Origin: a virus
DNA length: 30,984 nucleotides
Virus record (IMG/VR): IMGVR_UViG_3300013883_000004
Direction: 5' to 3' (one strand)
The number at the start of each line of letters is the position of its first letter. Position 1 is the stretch's first letter. This document shows positions 11,762-20,183 of the stretch, one piece after another. The notes below the pieces were generated by a model. The model was given only the letters and a program-made list of their open reading frames with translations. It was not told the origin of the DNA and searched no databases. Both the position numbers and the translations under genes were made by a program.

Positions 11762-13334
11762 TACGATAGAAGCATTTGAAAATGGCAAGAGGGTTGTTGA
11801 ACATTCAGGGGGCAGTAGGTGCTTTGATGGTGAGCAGAAAGTTATAACAGATGGTGGAAGCAAGAAAATATCAGACATAAAAGCTGGTGATTTTGTTCTT
11901 TCAGGACACAACAAAGAATACAAGATGGTTAAGAATGTTTTTAAGATGAAGAATGAAAAACCTTGTTATGAGATAGTTCTAAAAAATGGTGAAAAGATTA
12001 GAGCAACACAAGACCACAAGGTTTGGTACAGGGGCGGTTGGCATTCTCTAAAATATGTTGTAAAATGTTGGAATAAAAGGGAATCGTATACAACACTACT
12101 AGATGATATTGCAGAGGTTAGAGAAATATCACTCGATACTGTTTATGATATTGAGGTTGAAGATAATCACAGTTATTATTTAGATTGCGAAAAGCCCATT
12201 CTTGTTCACAATTCTGGAAAAACTTATTCTATCTTTCAATTTCTTCTAGGAAGAGCAATTCAAGGTAAAGGTGAAACTTTCACAATAGTCAGGGACAAGT
12301 TGACTTGGATAAAAAGCACACTATTGGTAGACTTCAAGAACATAACTGATATGATGGAGTTAGAAGTTACACCAGAAATAAACTATAACAGAGCAGAACA
12401 GGTTTATATTGTTAATGGTAGTGAGTTTGCATTCTTCGGACTAGATTATGCCGAGAAGTTACACGGAAGAAAACAAGATTGGTCTTGGATAAATGAAGCA
12501 TTAGAAGTAGAAAGAAATCATTTTGACCAGTTAGAGATGAGAACAACAAAGGGAATGTTAATAGACTTTAATCCGTATAATGATATAGGTTGGGTATACG
12601 ATATTCAGAAGCGACCAGATGTGCAAGTAATTAAGTCTACAATGTTAGACAATCCTTTTTTAGAAGAAGCTATCAGAAAGAAGATATTAAGTTATGAACC
12701 TACACCAGAGAATATTAAAAACGGTACTGCTGACAATTATATGTGGCAGGTTTATGGGTTAGGAGAAAAGGCAAGGTTACAAGGTTTGGTATTTAATAAC
12801 TGGGATATTGTAGAGGATATTCCTGATGGTGCAAAGTTCTTAGGTTATGGTTTAGACTTTGGATTTACAAATGACCCTACCGCATTGGTAGGACTGTGGG
12901 AATATGATAAAGAATTATATGTTGACAATCCTATTTACAAAACCAGACTGCTTAATCAAGATATAATCAATGAGTTAAAAAGGCTAGGTGTTAGCAGTGC
13001 TGATTTAATTGTTGCGGATAGTGCAGAGCCTAAGAGTATAGAAGAAATAGCATTGGCAGGATTTAACATACAAGGGGCATACAAGGGACAGGATAGTGTG
13101 AGATATGGAATAGATTTATTAAAGAATTTCAAAATACACTTAACCAGAAGAAGTATTGAAATGGAGAATGAACTAAGAAAATATAAATACAAAGAGGACA
13201 GAAGCGGAAACATTCTCAACGAACCTATTGACCAGTTTAACCATACAATAGATGCACTGCGGTATATTGCCATAGAAAGATTAGGGAATAGGCAAGAGGT
13301 GCAGATATTTAATAGAGAACTGCTAGGCTTGTAA
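11688..13334 (+). CDS. terL: Terminase large subunit precursor, interrupted by a mini-intein
   Basis: The exteins join as ...EHSGGSR|SGKTYSIF..., which restores the Walker A motif G-x4-GKT. The C-terminal nuclease region contains DQFNHTIDALRY. M6 at 11703 is an alternative start. Confidence 0.85.
   Translation: MQKTVMNNQKREEEKIIKATHLLTDTIEAFENGKRVVEHSGGSRCFDGEQKVITDGGSKKISDIKAGDFVLSGHNKEYKMVKNVFKMKNEKPCYEIVLKNGEKIRATQDHKVWYRGGWHSLKYVVKCWNKRESYTTLLDDIAEVREISLDTVYDIEVEDNHSYYLDCEKPILVHNSGKTYSIFQFLLGRAIQGKGETFTIVRDKLTWIKSTLLVDFKNITDMMELEVTPEINYNRAEQVYIVNGSEFAFFGLDYAEKLHGRKQDWSWINEALEVERNHFDQLEMRTTKGMLIDFNPYNDIGWVYDIQKRPDVQVIKSTMLDNPFLEEAIRKKILSYEPTPENIKNGTADNYMWQVYGLGEKARLQGLVFNNWDIVEDIPDGAKFLGYGLDFGFTNDPTALVGLWEYDKELYVDNPIYKTRLLNQDIINELKRLGVSSADLIVADSAEPKSIEEIALAGFNIQGAYKGQDSVRYGIDLLKNFKIHLTRRSIEMENELRKYKYKEDRSGNILNEPIDQFNHTIDALRYIAIERLGNRQEVQIFNRELLGL
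11820..12212 (+). mobile_element. Class-1 mini-intein (131 aa) in the TerL P-loop
   Basis: It begins with Cys in CFDGEQKV (block A) and has TQDH (block B, TxxH). VYDIEVEDNHSYY...ILVHN supplies blocks F and G and ends in HN, followed by the +1 Ser of SGKT. No homing-endonuclease domain fits in 131 aa. Confidence 0.85.
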
Positions 13335-13425
13335 ATTGGATTATTGATAATGTTTTGTGAAAATGATACGATTATATATAGTGAATAAAAAGAAATAAAA
13401 GGGATTTATTTTATTCTTTTAGAAA

Positions 13426-14757
13426 ATGTATACCACAGATAAAAGTATTTTGGATAAAGAGTTAATAGAAAGTGCTATTGAGTTTAATGAAAGTGAAAAG
13501 GAAAGGTTTGACAGATTAGAGAGATATTACAGAGGTCAGCACGATATACTACACAGGGTTAAACCTAAAACAGCAAAGAACAATAAAGTAGTTGTTAATC
13601 ACGCAAGTTATATAGTTGATGCTTATACTGGTTATTTAATGGGAAATCCAGTGGACTACAAAATATCAGATAATTACGATGCAAGTGTTATTTTAGATGA
13701 ATACAAGAAGCAAACTGTTTCTAATCTTGATGTTGAAATTGTAAAAGATTTAGGTGTCTTTGGGAAGCAATACGAGTTGGTTTACAATGTTGAAAATGAT
13801 ACAGAGAGTGCAGACATTGACAATAGGAATTGTGTTTGTGTTTATGATAATACAGTTAGACATCAGAAGTTATTTGCAATTCTCTATGAGTTAGGAGATA
13901 AGAAGGGAGAGTATAAAAATATTAAAGTGTATGATAGTAATTTTCTTTATAATTGTTCAGATGGAAAGAATATAATAATTGGAGAGAAGACACCGCATTT
14001 ATTTGGGAAAGTACCAGTAATTGAGTATAGGAATAACAGCGAAAGAATGGGAGATTTTGAACAAGTAATGAGTTTAATTGACGCATATAATACTTTACAG
14101 TCTGATAGGATAAATGATATTCAGCAATTAGTAGAAAGTATTTTAGTGGGTTACGGAATGACATTAACAGATGCTCAAATGCAGGAGTTAATTAATAACC
14201 GAACTTTATTTGGACTTCCTAAGGATAGCAAAGTTGAGTATTTAATCAAAGCACTAGATGAAGGGCAGTTAGATATTTTAAGAAAGACGATAGAAAATGA
14301 TATTTTCAAAATTGCGAAAGTTCCTAATATGAGTGATGAGAACTTTGCTGGAAATGCAAGTGGAGTTGCACTAAGTTATAAACTTCTACTATTTGAGCAA
14401 AGTACAGCAAACAAAGAAAGGAATGTAGAACAAGGGCTAAAAGAAAGATTTGAACTATACAACAACTATTATGTAAACATTGGTAAAATGGAAAAGATAC
14501 CACTAACAGAAGTTGATGTAGTATTTAAGAGGAACTTACCACAGAACTTGGTTGAGTTAAGCCAGATAATAGTTAATCTTCAAGGTTTAGTTGACGACGA
14601 AACATTAGTAGGACTTCTACCTTTTGTAGATGACGCGAAGGAAACAGTTAAAAAGAACAGAGAAGAAGAGGACGAAAAAACTAATAGAATGCTAGGAAAC
14701 TTTGGAACATCTGTACCTAGTGGAGAAGATACCGAAGAAGTTAATCGTCAAGCTTAA
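13426..14757 (+). CDS. Portal protein, SPP1 gp6-like
   Basis: The 443-aa size, the position after TerL and the segment NKVVVNHASYIVDAYTGYLMGNPVDY are typical of SPP1-family portals. Confidence 0.8.
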   Translation: MYTTDKSILDKELIESAIEFNESEKERFDRLERYYRGQHDILHRVKPKTAKNNKVVVNHASYIVDAYTGYLMGNPVDYKISDNYDASVILDEYKKQTVSNLDVEIVKDLGVFGKQYELVYNVENDTESADIDNRNCVCVYDNTVRHQKLFAILYELGDKKGEYKNIKVYDSNFLYNCSDGKNIIIGEKTPHLFGKVPVIEYRNNSERMGDFEQVMSLIDAYNTLQSDRINDIQQLVESILVGYGMTLTDAQMQELINNRTLFGLPKDSKVEYLIKALDEGQLDILRKTIENDIFKIAKVPNMSDENFAGNASGVALSYKLLLFEQSTANKERNVEQGLKERFELYNNYYVNIGKMEKIPLTEVDVVFKRNLPQNLVELSQIIVNLQGLVDDETLVGLLPFVDDAKETVKKNREEEDEKTNRMLGNFGTSVPSGEDTEEVNRQA

Positions 14758-14759
14758 AG

Positions 14760-15842
14760 ATGGAGACTATTGGACAGACAAATATTATTTATAATCCTGC
14801 TACTGTTGATTACTGGGAGAGCAGGGCAATTCAAAGACAGTTATTTTCAGAGTTAAAGGGAAAGGATTTAATCCTAAGGCTAATGCCGATTTATCAAACT
14901 ACTTTGGATTATGTTAATAAAGAGGTAGAAACTTTATATAAAGAGTATGGAAAAGACGGTGTTATTGATGTAGCGAAGATGAAAGAGAAACTAACAGGAA
15001 CGGAAAGAAGCAAGGTATTAAGAGAATTGAAAATGAAAATAAGGTTAGCAGGAGAAGACCCTAAGAAGATTATTGATAAAAACTTCCTTATTAAGTTAAA
15101 CAGATTAGAAGCAATTAAAGAGCAGATATATTGGAGTGTGAAGTCTATGATACCGCAGATGACAGAAATGCAGACTAGGACATATAGTGAAATCATTCAA
15201 AGTACCTATTTTTTACAAAAACAGGAGATTAAAGAAAGAAAGGGAAACTTTGTAATGACAAGGTTTGACCAAATAAACAAAACGGAAGTTCAAGGGCTTT
15301 TAGAAGAAAAATGGTTTGGAGGAACTTATGGAGAAAGAACAAGAAGAAATATGACAGTCTTTGGAGAAGAGTTAAGAGATATTTTAGGAACAAAAATGAT
15401 AACAGGAATATCCGTTCAAAAGACTGCAAAGTTAGTAGAAGAAAGGTTTAATGTTTCTAAATATGAAGCCACAAGATTAGTTAGAACAGAAAGCACACAT
15501 TTTGCAAACAAAGCAGAAATGAAGAGTTATGAAGATGAGGGTATTAAGTATTACAAGTTTGTTGCTACATTAGATGGTAGAACTTCTGATATATGCAAAG
15601 GACTAAATGGAACAATATGGAAAGTAGAAGATGCTGTTGAAGGATATAACTATCCCGCTATGCACCCAGCCTGCAGAAGTACAACAGTAGCAATGTTTCC
15701 TGAAGAAGTAGAAGGTAAGGTTATGGAAAGCAATTACAAAAGGGGAGATGAGTATTCATCATCAGAAGACATATTGAGTGAGATATTTGAAGCAAATAAA
15801 ACAGGTTATGAAGCCGATACTGGTAGGTCTATTGAAATGTAG
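14760..15842 (+). CDS. Minor head protein, SPP1 gp7 / Mu F-like
   Basis: RLVRTESTHFANKAEMKSYEDEGIKYYKFVATLDGRTSDICKGLNGTIW...HPACRSTTV is the Phage_Mu_F signature. Confidence 0.8.
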   Translation: METIGQTNIIYNPATVDYWESRAIQRQLFSELKGKDLILRLMPIYQTTLDYVNKEVETLYKEYGKDGVIDVAKMKEKLTGTERSKVLRELKMKIRLAGEDPKKIIDKNFLIKLNRLEAIKEQIYWSVKSMIPQMTEMQTRTYSEIIQSTYFLQKQEIKERKGNFVMTRFDQINKTEVQGLLEEKWFGGTYGERTRRNMTVFGEELRDILGTKMITGISVQKTAKLVEERFNVSKYEATRLVRTESTHFANKAEMKSYEDEGIKYYKFVATLDGRTSDICKGLNGTIWKVEDAVEGYNYPAMHPACRSTTVAMFPEEVEGKVMESNYKRGDEYSSSEDILSEIFEANKTGYEADTGRSIEM

Positions 15843-15866
15843 TTAAGAATATGAGAAAATGTAAAA

Positions 15867-15901
15867 AGGAATAGAGTATAGATTACATATACTTTATTCC
15901 T
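15867..15901 (+). other. 14-bp hairpin after the minor head protein gene, with no U-tract
   Basis: AGGAATAGAGTATA (15867-15880) pairs with TATACTTTATTCCT (15888-15901), including one G-U pair and a 7-nt loop. It is followed by A-rich rather than T-rich sequence. Confidence 0.4.
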
Positions 15902-15990
15902 ACTCAAAATAAAAACCTCAAAATGAAAGTTTCAAAATGAAATCTAAAATAAAAAATCCTCGACAGAGGCTAAAAGGTTAATTTTATTAT

Positions 15991-16530
15991 ATGACAATTA
16001 TGTCAGAAGAAGAAAAAACACCAGAAACAATTACACCTGTTGTTTCAGAAAATGGGGAAGGTGGAGAGGTTAAACAAGGCGAAGATAAGATGTTAACACA
16101 AGAGCAATTTAATCAAGCTTTAAAAGAAAGATTAGAGCGAGAGCGAAAGAAAATCTTAAAAGAAGCAGAAGTAAAGATTAAAGAAGCTCAAACGGAAGCC
16201 GAAAGGTTGGCACAGTTGTCAGCGGAAGAGAAACAAAAAGAGTTGATTAAAAAAACAGAAGAGGAAATTAGCAGAAGAGAAAGGGAGGTTGCTTTAAGAG
16301 AAAATAGAATTGAAGCAACAGAACTATTTCAGAAAGCTAATATACCGATAAGTTTAGTAGACTATGTGATTTCAGAGGACAAGGAAAAGACTTCTGAGAA
16401 TGCAGAACTGTTTATTAAAAACTACAAGGAAAGTGTATCTCAAACTATTGCTGAACAACTAAAAGGAGTGCCACCTAAAGACTTAAAAACATCACAATCT
16501 GAGCCCAAGAAAGTTATAACCTCATTTTAA
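15991..16530 (+). CDS. Scaffolding protein (DUF4355-like)
   Basis: The protein is charged and coiled-coil rich. MLTQEQFNQALKERLERERKK and its position just before the capsid gene support the call. Confidence 0.7.
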   Translation: MTIMSEEEKTPETITPVVSENGEGGEVKQGEDKMLTQEQFNQALKERLERERKKILKEAEVKIKEAQTEAERLAQLSAEEKQKELIKKTEEEISRREREVALRENRIEATELFQKANIPISLVDYVISEDKEKTSENAELFIKNYKESVSQTIAEQLKGVPPKDLKTSQSEPKKVITSF

Positions 16531-16562
16531 TTTGATTTAATTAATTTGAGTTTAATAAGAAA

Positions 16563-17396
16563 ATGGCAAAGGAAGATGCATTAAGCATACTGTTAGAAGA
16601 TGGAACAACTGCTGACAAGTTAAAAGAAGCATACTCGGAATTAGTCGATATGGTTCAAAAGGGTGCAATCTCTACACAGATTAAGAATACCAATCTTTCT
16701 GGAAATCCTGAAGCTGGTTCTGTTGAAGTTAGAAGGTTAATGACAGCAGAGTCTCAGGCTTATGGAACTGCTAGAAGTGCAGGTGCAGGAGACAAGGTAA
16801 AGAATAACGGAGTTACTGTTAATCTTGACCAGGACAAAGAAATCGTAGAGGAAGTAGAATGGAAAGATATTCAGTTCTACGGAGTTGATGGTATTGTTGA
16901 AAAAAGACAGACCAATCATCTCAACGCAATGGTAAGAGAGTTAGATAGAGCATTCTTTACAGAGGCAGAGAGTGCAGGAGATGAAGAAACTATTTCTAGT
17001 ACAGAGATAGAAGATGCTATCGAAGAGCTTATTCAATCAGTTGAAACTGTCGAGAATGATAATGTTGACGGTGTAGACAGAGAGATGTTGGTTCTAACAC
17101 TCAAGCCTCATATCTATGGAAAGTTACTTAACAGATTAGATGTTGTGACAAATCCTAACGGACAGAGTTACAATACCTTTCACGGAGTAAGAGTATTCAG
17201 CAACACAAGACAAAGTAAAGATGCTATATGTATGGCAGTTGGTGCAATAGCACAGCCAGTAGTATCACAGCCTTATACAGTTGAACCTATCCCACTTTCA
17301 AATGCGGTTGCAATAGAGCTTTTCTACCACTATGGAACAAAAGCAGTAATGCCTGATTTGATTAAGTATGCAGATATGAGTACATTCTCTGTATAA
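16563..17396 (+). CDS. Major capsid protein
   Basis: The call rests on position (scaffold, then this ORF, then connectors), the 277-aa size and an Ala/Gly/Val-rich composition. Confidence 0.65.
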   Translation: MAKEDALSILLEDGTTADKLKEAYSELVDMVQKGAISTQIKNTNLSGNPEAGSVEVRRLMTAESQAYGTARSAGAGDKVKNNGVTVNLDQDKEIVEEVEWKDIQFYGVDGIVEKRQTNHLNAMVRELDRAFFTEAESAGDEETISSTEIEDAIEELIQSVETVENDNVDGVDREMLVLTLKPHIYGKLLNRLDVVTNPNGQSYNTFHGVRVFSNTRQSKDAICMAVGAIAQPVVSQPYTVEPIPLSNAVAIELFYHYGTKAVMPDLIKYADMSTFSV

Positions 17397-17432
17397 GAGA
17401 AGTTCTTTTATAAATTAAAAGGGGCAAAGTAA

Positions 17433-17903
17433 ATGAATGAATTACTTCAAAGAATTAAAGAGTATGCTTTAACACTCTATCCTGAGATGGAAGATAATGA
17501 CCTGTTAAATCAGGTTATTGCAGAGGTTGTGGATAGAGTATTGGCATATACAAATAGATACCAATTAGTTGCTGGGTATGAAAGGTTTCTATCTGGTAAA
17601 TACTACGAAGGTGATTACACTGTTGATGTAGAAGGGAACAGAATCCCTATACTACCGATACCTACTGAATTAGAAAGGACTATTGCAAGAATAGTAGTTT
17701 CTAGTTACAAAGGAATTGGTAAATTAATCAGCAGTGATATGCCTGAGATTAAGAGTTTATCAGACAATGGACAATCTGTTACTTATGGTGATTATATTGG
17801 TAATTACTTTAATTCAAAAGAGGATTCTGATATCTTTGCCTCTGCTAAAAGTATTCTAGACAATTACAGAATACCTGTAATAGTTAACACACAAGTGGAA
17901 TGA
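17433..17903 (+). CDS. Head-tail connector protein (gp6-like)
   Basis: Called from its position after the capsid gene and its size, by synteny with SPP1-like modules. Confidence 0.5.
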   Translation: MNELLQRIKEYALTLYPEMEDNDLLNQVIAEVVDRVLAYTNRYQLVAGYERFLSGKYYEGDYTVDVEGNRIPILPIPTELERTIARIVVSSYKGIGKLISSDMPEIKSLSDNGQSVTYGDYIGNYFNSKEDSDIFASAKSILDNYRIPVIVNTQVE

Positions 17904-18271
17904 AGATACCTAACAGTTTTAAGACACAAATAAAAAGTACATTCTATGACAAAGAGATTCAGAAGTATAAGGTAGAAAGTGCAGTAGATGATGAAGGTTG
18001 GGTAGGCAATGAAGAATTAGAAGAAGACGGTTCTTTTTATGGGAATGTAAGATATGAAAACTTCTCGGAGATATTGAAAGAGCTAGGAATTGACATTATT
18101 GCAGACTTACTTATCACTACTGATGAAGATATCAGGTTAGGTTCTATTGTTGGATTTAATGGAGGCTATTACAGAGTAGTTAAGGTCTTGAAATATGATA
18201 GTCATAATTTGATTTTGTGTAATATATGGCAGTCGTCATTAGTGGAGTCAGAAACCTCGATAAGTGCATAG
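17900..18271 (+). CDS. Head closure / head-tail adaptor protein (putative)
   Basis: ATGA overlap with the previous gene. Size and synteny fit. Confidence 0.45.
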   Translation: MKIPNSFKTQIKSTFYDKEIQKYKVESAVDDEGWVGNEELEEDGSFYGNVRYENFSEILKELGIDIIADLLITTDEDIRLGSIVGFNGGYYRVVKVLKYDSHNLILCNIWQSSLVESETSISA

Positions 18272-18645
18272 CAAAGTTCAAGTCTATTGAAGGAATAGAT
18301 TTAACTCCTGTTATTAGTAAAGCAACAAGGATTGTTCAGCGAGATGCTAAGATACTAGCACCTGTTGACACTGGAAATCTTATGAACCATATATTTGCAA
18401 AAACATTAAAAGCAAAGACTATGAAAAAAAGTGGCTTAGGAGAAGACCCTGTTGGTGTAGTATACACTAATGTAGAGTATGCAGTCTATCAGGAATATGG
18501 TTGGAGTAGAACCTATCCTAGTGGTAAGACTGTTGTATATTCAGGAAAAGCATTTATGCGACCAGCACTTAAACAGAATAAAAAGTATATTAGTGATATG
18601 GTGGAAAGGTATATACAAGATAAATTAAGAACTATTAAGAAATGA
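18226..18645 (+). CDS. HK97 gp10-family head-tail joining protein
   Basis: AKILAPVDTGNLMNHI...VYTNVEYAVYQEYG matches the gp10-family motif. Confidence 0.7.
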   Translation: MAVVISGVRNLDKCIAKFKSIEGIDLTPVISKATRIVQRDAKILAPVDTGNLMNHIFAKTLKAKTMKKSGLGEDPVGVVYTNVEYAVYQEYGWSRTYPSGKTVVYSGKAFMRPALKQNKKYISDMVERYIQDKLRTIKK

Positions 18646-18971
18646 TAGAGCCTAAAAGTCAGATATACACAATTTTGAAAAAGGTAACAGATAATGTATA
18701 TCAGGCAATGCCAGAGGTAAATGTTGTATATCCTTGTATTATTTATTCTATCAGTAGTAATGAACCACAATATACAGTTAATCAGGAATTAGAATACCAG
18801 AAAGTAGAGGCAAAGATAGATATTTATGATAAGACGAGTAAAGGAACAGGGACTTTACTTGTAAGCCTTGTAAATGAAATGCTGGATAATGGGTATAGAA
18901 TGACCTACTGTGCGGACATACCGAATGAAGACAGTAGCCACATAAGTACATTATTCAACTCGATAATATAA
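18642..18971 (+). CDS. Tail terminator / tail completion protein (DUF3168-like)
   Basis: ATGA overlap with the previous gene and position immediately before the major tail protein. Confidence 0.5.
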   Translation: MIEPKSQIYTILKKVTDNVYQAMPEVNVVYPCIIYSISSNEPQYTVNQELEYQKVEAKIDIYDKTSKGTGTLLVSLVNEMLDNGYRMTYCADIPNEDSSHISTLFNSII

Positions 18972-19003
18972 ATGAAAAAGTTTAATTTATTATTTAAGAG
19001 AAA

Positions 19004-19432
19004 ATGGCAACAAAGAGTTTAGGAACAACCTTGACCAAGACAAAATCAGGAAGCGAGTCAACAGACTTGGTAATAGGTGGACTTACTTCCATTGGTGAAG
19101 TTGGTGTTGAAAGTGACGAAATAGATGTAACTACACTTTCAAGCACTGGTGGGTTTAAGGAGTTCATTGCTGGGTTCAAGGACGCTGGTGAAGTTTCATT
19201 AGCGGGATACATTTCTGATGAAGACCAGGTTGAAGCATTACTTGCCTTAGCAAGTTCACAATCAATAGAGAAATGGACAATAACCACACCTAATGGTGCA
19301 ACTTGGAAGTTTGACGCCTTTGTAAAATCATTCAAAGAGAGTGAGGCTACAATTGATGGTGTTAGAGGGTTTAGTGCAAGTTTAAGAATAAGCGGTGAAC
19401 CTGAGTACACAGAGGCTAGTGCAAGTGTATAA
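19004..19432 (+). CDS. Major tail protein, TP901-1/phi13-like
   Basis: LTSIGEVGVESDEIDVTTLSSTGGFKEFIAGFKDAGEVSLAGY is typical of this family. The gene is followed by an intrinsic terminator and then the chaperone genes. Confidence 0.75.
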   Translation: MATKSLGTTLTKTKSGSESTDLVIGGLTSIGEVGVESDEIDVTTLSSTGGFKEFIAGFKDAGEVSLAGYISDEDQVEALLALASSQSIEKWTITTPNGATWKFDAFVKSFKESEATIDGVRGFSASLRISGEPEYTEASASV

Positions 19433-19440
19433 GATATGGG

Positions 19441-19462
19441 GCAGGGGACTGCCCTGTATTTT
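19441..19462 (+). terminator. Weak intrinsic terminator after the major tail protein gene
   Basis: The stem pairs CAGGG (19442-19446) with CCCTG (19452-19456) around the loop GACTG, and TATTTT follows. Confidence 0.5.
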
Positions 19463-19497
19463 AAGAAACTAAAATTAACTTTTAACAAATGAAATAA

Positions 19498-19812
19498 ATG
19501 GAAAAAAGTATAAAAACCGATTTAGAGTTTAATGCAAGTAAAATTGCTAAGCTAGAAAAGGAAAGTGGGTTACCATTCTTGGAAGTATTAGGCAAGTTTA
19601 GTTTAGAGAATATAAACCTGTTTATTAAATACGGCTTAGAAGTAGATGAAGAAACTGCTTATGTTCTTATTAATGAGTATCTAAAAGAAAAAGATATAAC
19701 AGAATTATATGTTCTAATTTTAGAGGAGTTACAAAATAAAGGTTTTTTACCACGAACGGTAAACCTGAAAGAGATATTAAGCAAAACACAAGAACAAGTA
19801 GCAAAAATGTAG
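19498..19812 (+). CDS. Tail assembly chaperone (gpG analogue)
   Basis: It lies between the major tail protein and the tape measure, and it contains the slip site. Confidence 0.7.
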   Translation: MEKSIKTDLEFNASKIAKLEKESGLPFLEVLGKFSLENINLFIKYGLEVDEETAYVLINEYLKEKDITELYVLILEELQNKGFLPRTVNLKEILSKTQEQVAKM

Positions 19813-20183
19813 AAGGTTGGTTTTGGAAATACTGGGAAGAAAATGAGGAAGTGGCAATAACAGTAGGGCTTAGTATTAGGGAATACTGGGAATTAAACCC
19901 TAAGCAATTTGAAAAGCATATAAAGGTTTATGTGGAAAATGAAAAGAAGAGATTAAGAGAGGCTGATACTAATAATTACAATTTGGGAAAGTACATTGCA
20001 TATGCAGTGAATGAACCGAAGAAGTATCCTAGAAAGCCTTTCTTAGAAGACAAACTAAATAGAATGGAAATGGACGAAGTAGTAGGAAAGGAAATGAGTA
20101 TAGAGGAAATGGAGGCAATGATGAAAAGAAACACTATAATTTTAGGTGGCAAGATTAAGAAAAATGGCAAAAGAAACAGTTGA
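19498..20183 (+). CDS. Tail assembly chaperone G-T fusion made by -1 frameshift (19498..19749 joined to 19749..20183)
   Basis: The 19851 ORF lies in the -1 frame relative to 19498 and lacks an ATG, since the track start is GTG. This is the canonical G/GT arrangement upstream of a tape measure gene. Confidence 0.65.
19743..19749 (+). promoter_or_regulatory. -1 programmed ribosomal frameshift heptamer T TTT TTA
   Basis: The zero frame reads GGT TTT TTA. The -1 frame is open from 19740 through to 20183. Confidence 0.7.

Noticed and set aside
13335-13425. The TerL-portal intergenic region as a promoter/terminator pair (TTGATA...TACGAT and an AAATAAA/TTTATTT hairpin)
   Set aside because: The hexamers are weak and the stem is all A-T, so the evidence is insufficient for a feature call.
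18994-19488. Minus-strand ORFs in the six-frame track, for example 18994-19488 (164 aa), 26804-27226 (140 aa), 28408-28800 (130 aa), 5431-5817 (128 aa) and 8735-9115 (126 aa)
   Set aside because: Each lies wholly antisense to a + strand gene with a recognisable product or clear synteny. Their translations are low-complexity Ser/Leu/Phe/Pro-rich strings typical of shadow frames in AT-rich, purine-skewed coding DNA, and none has its own start context.
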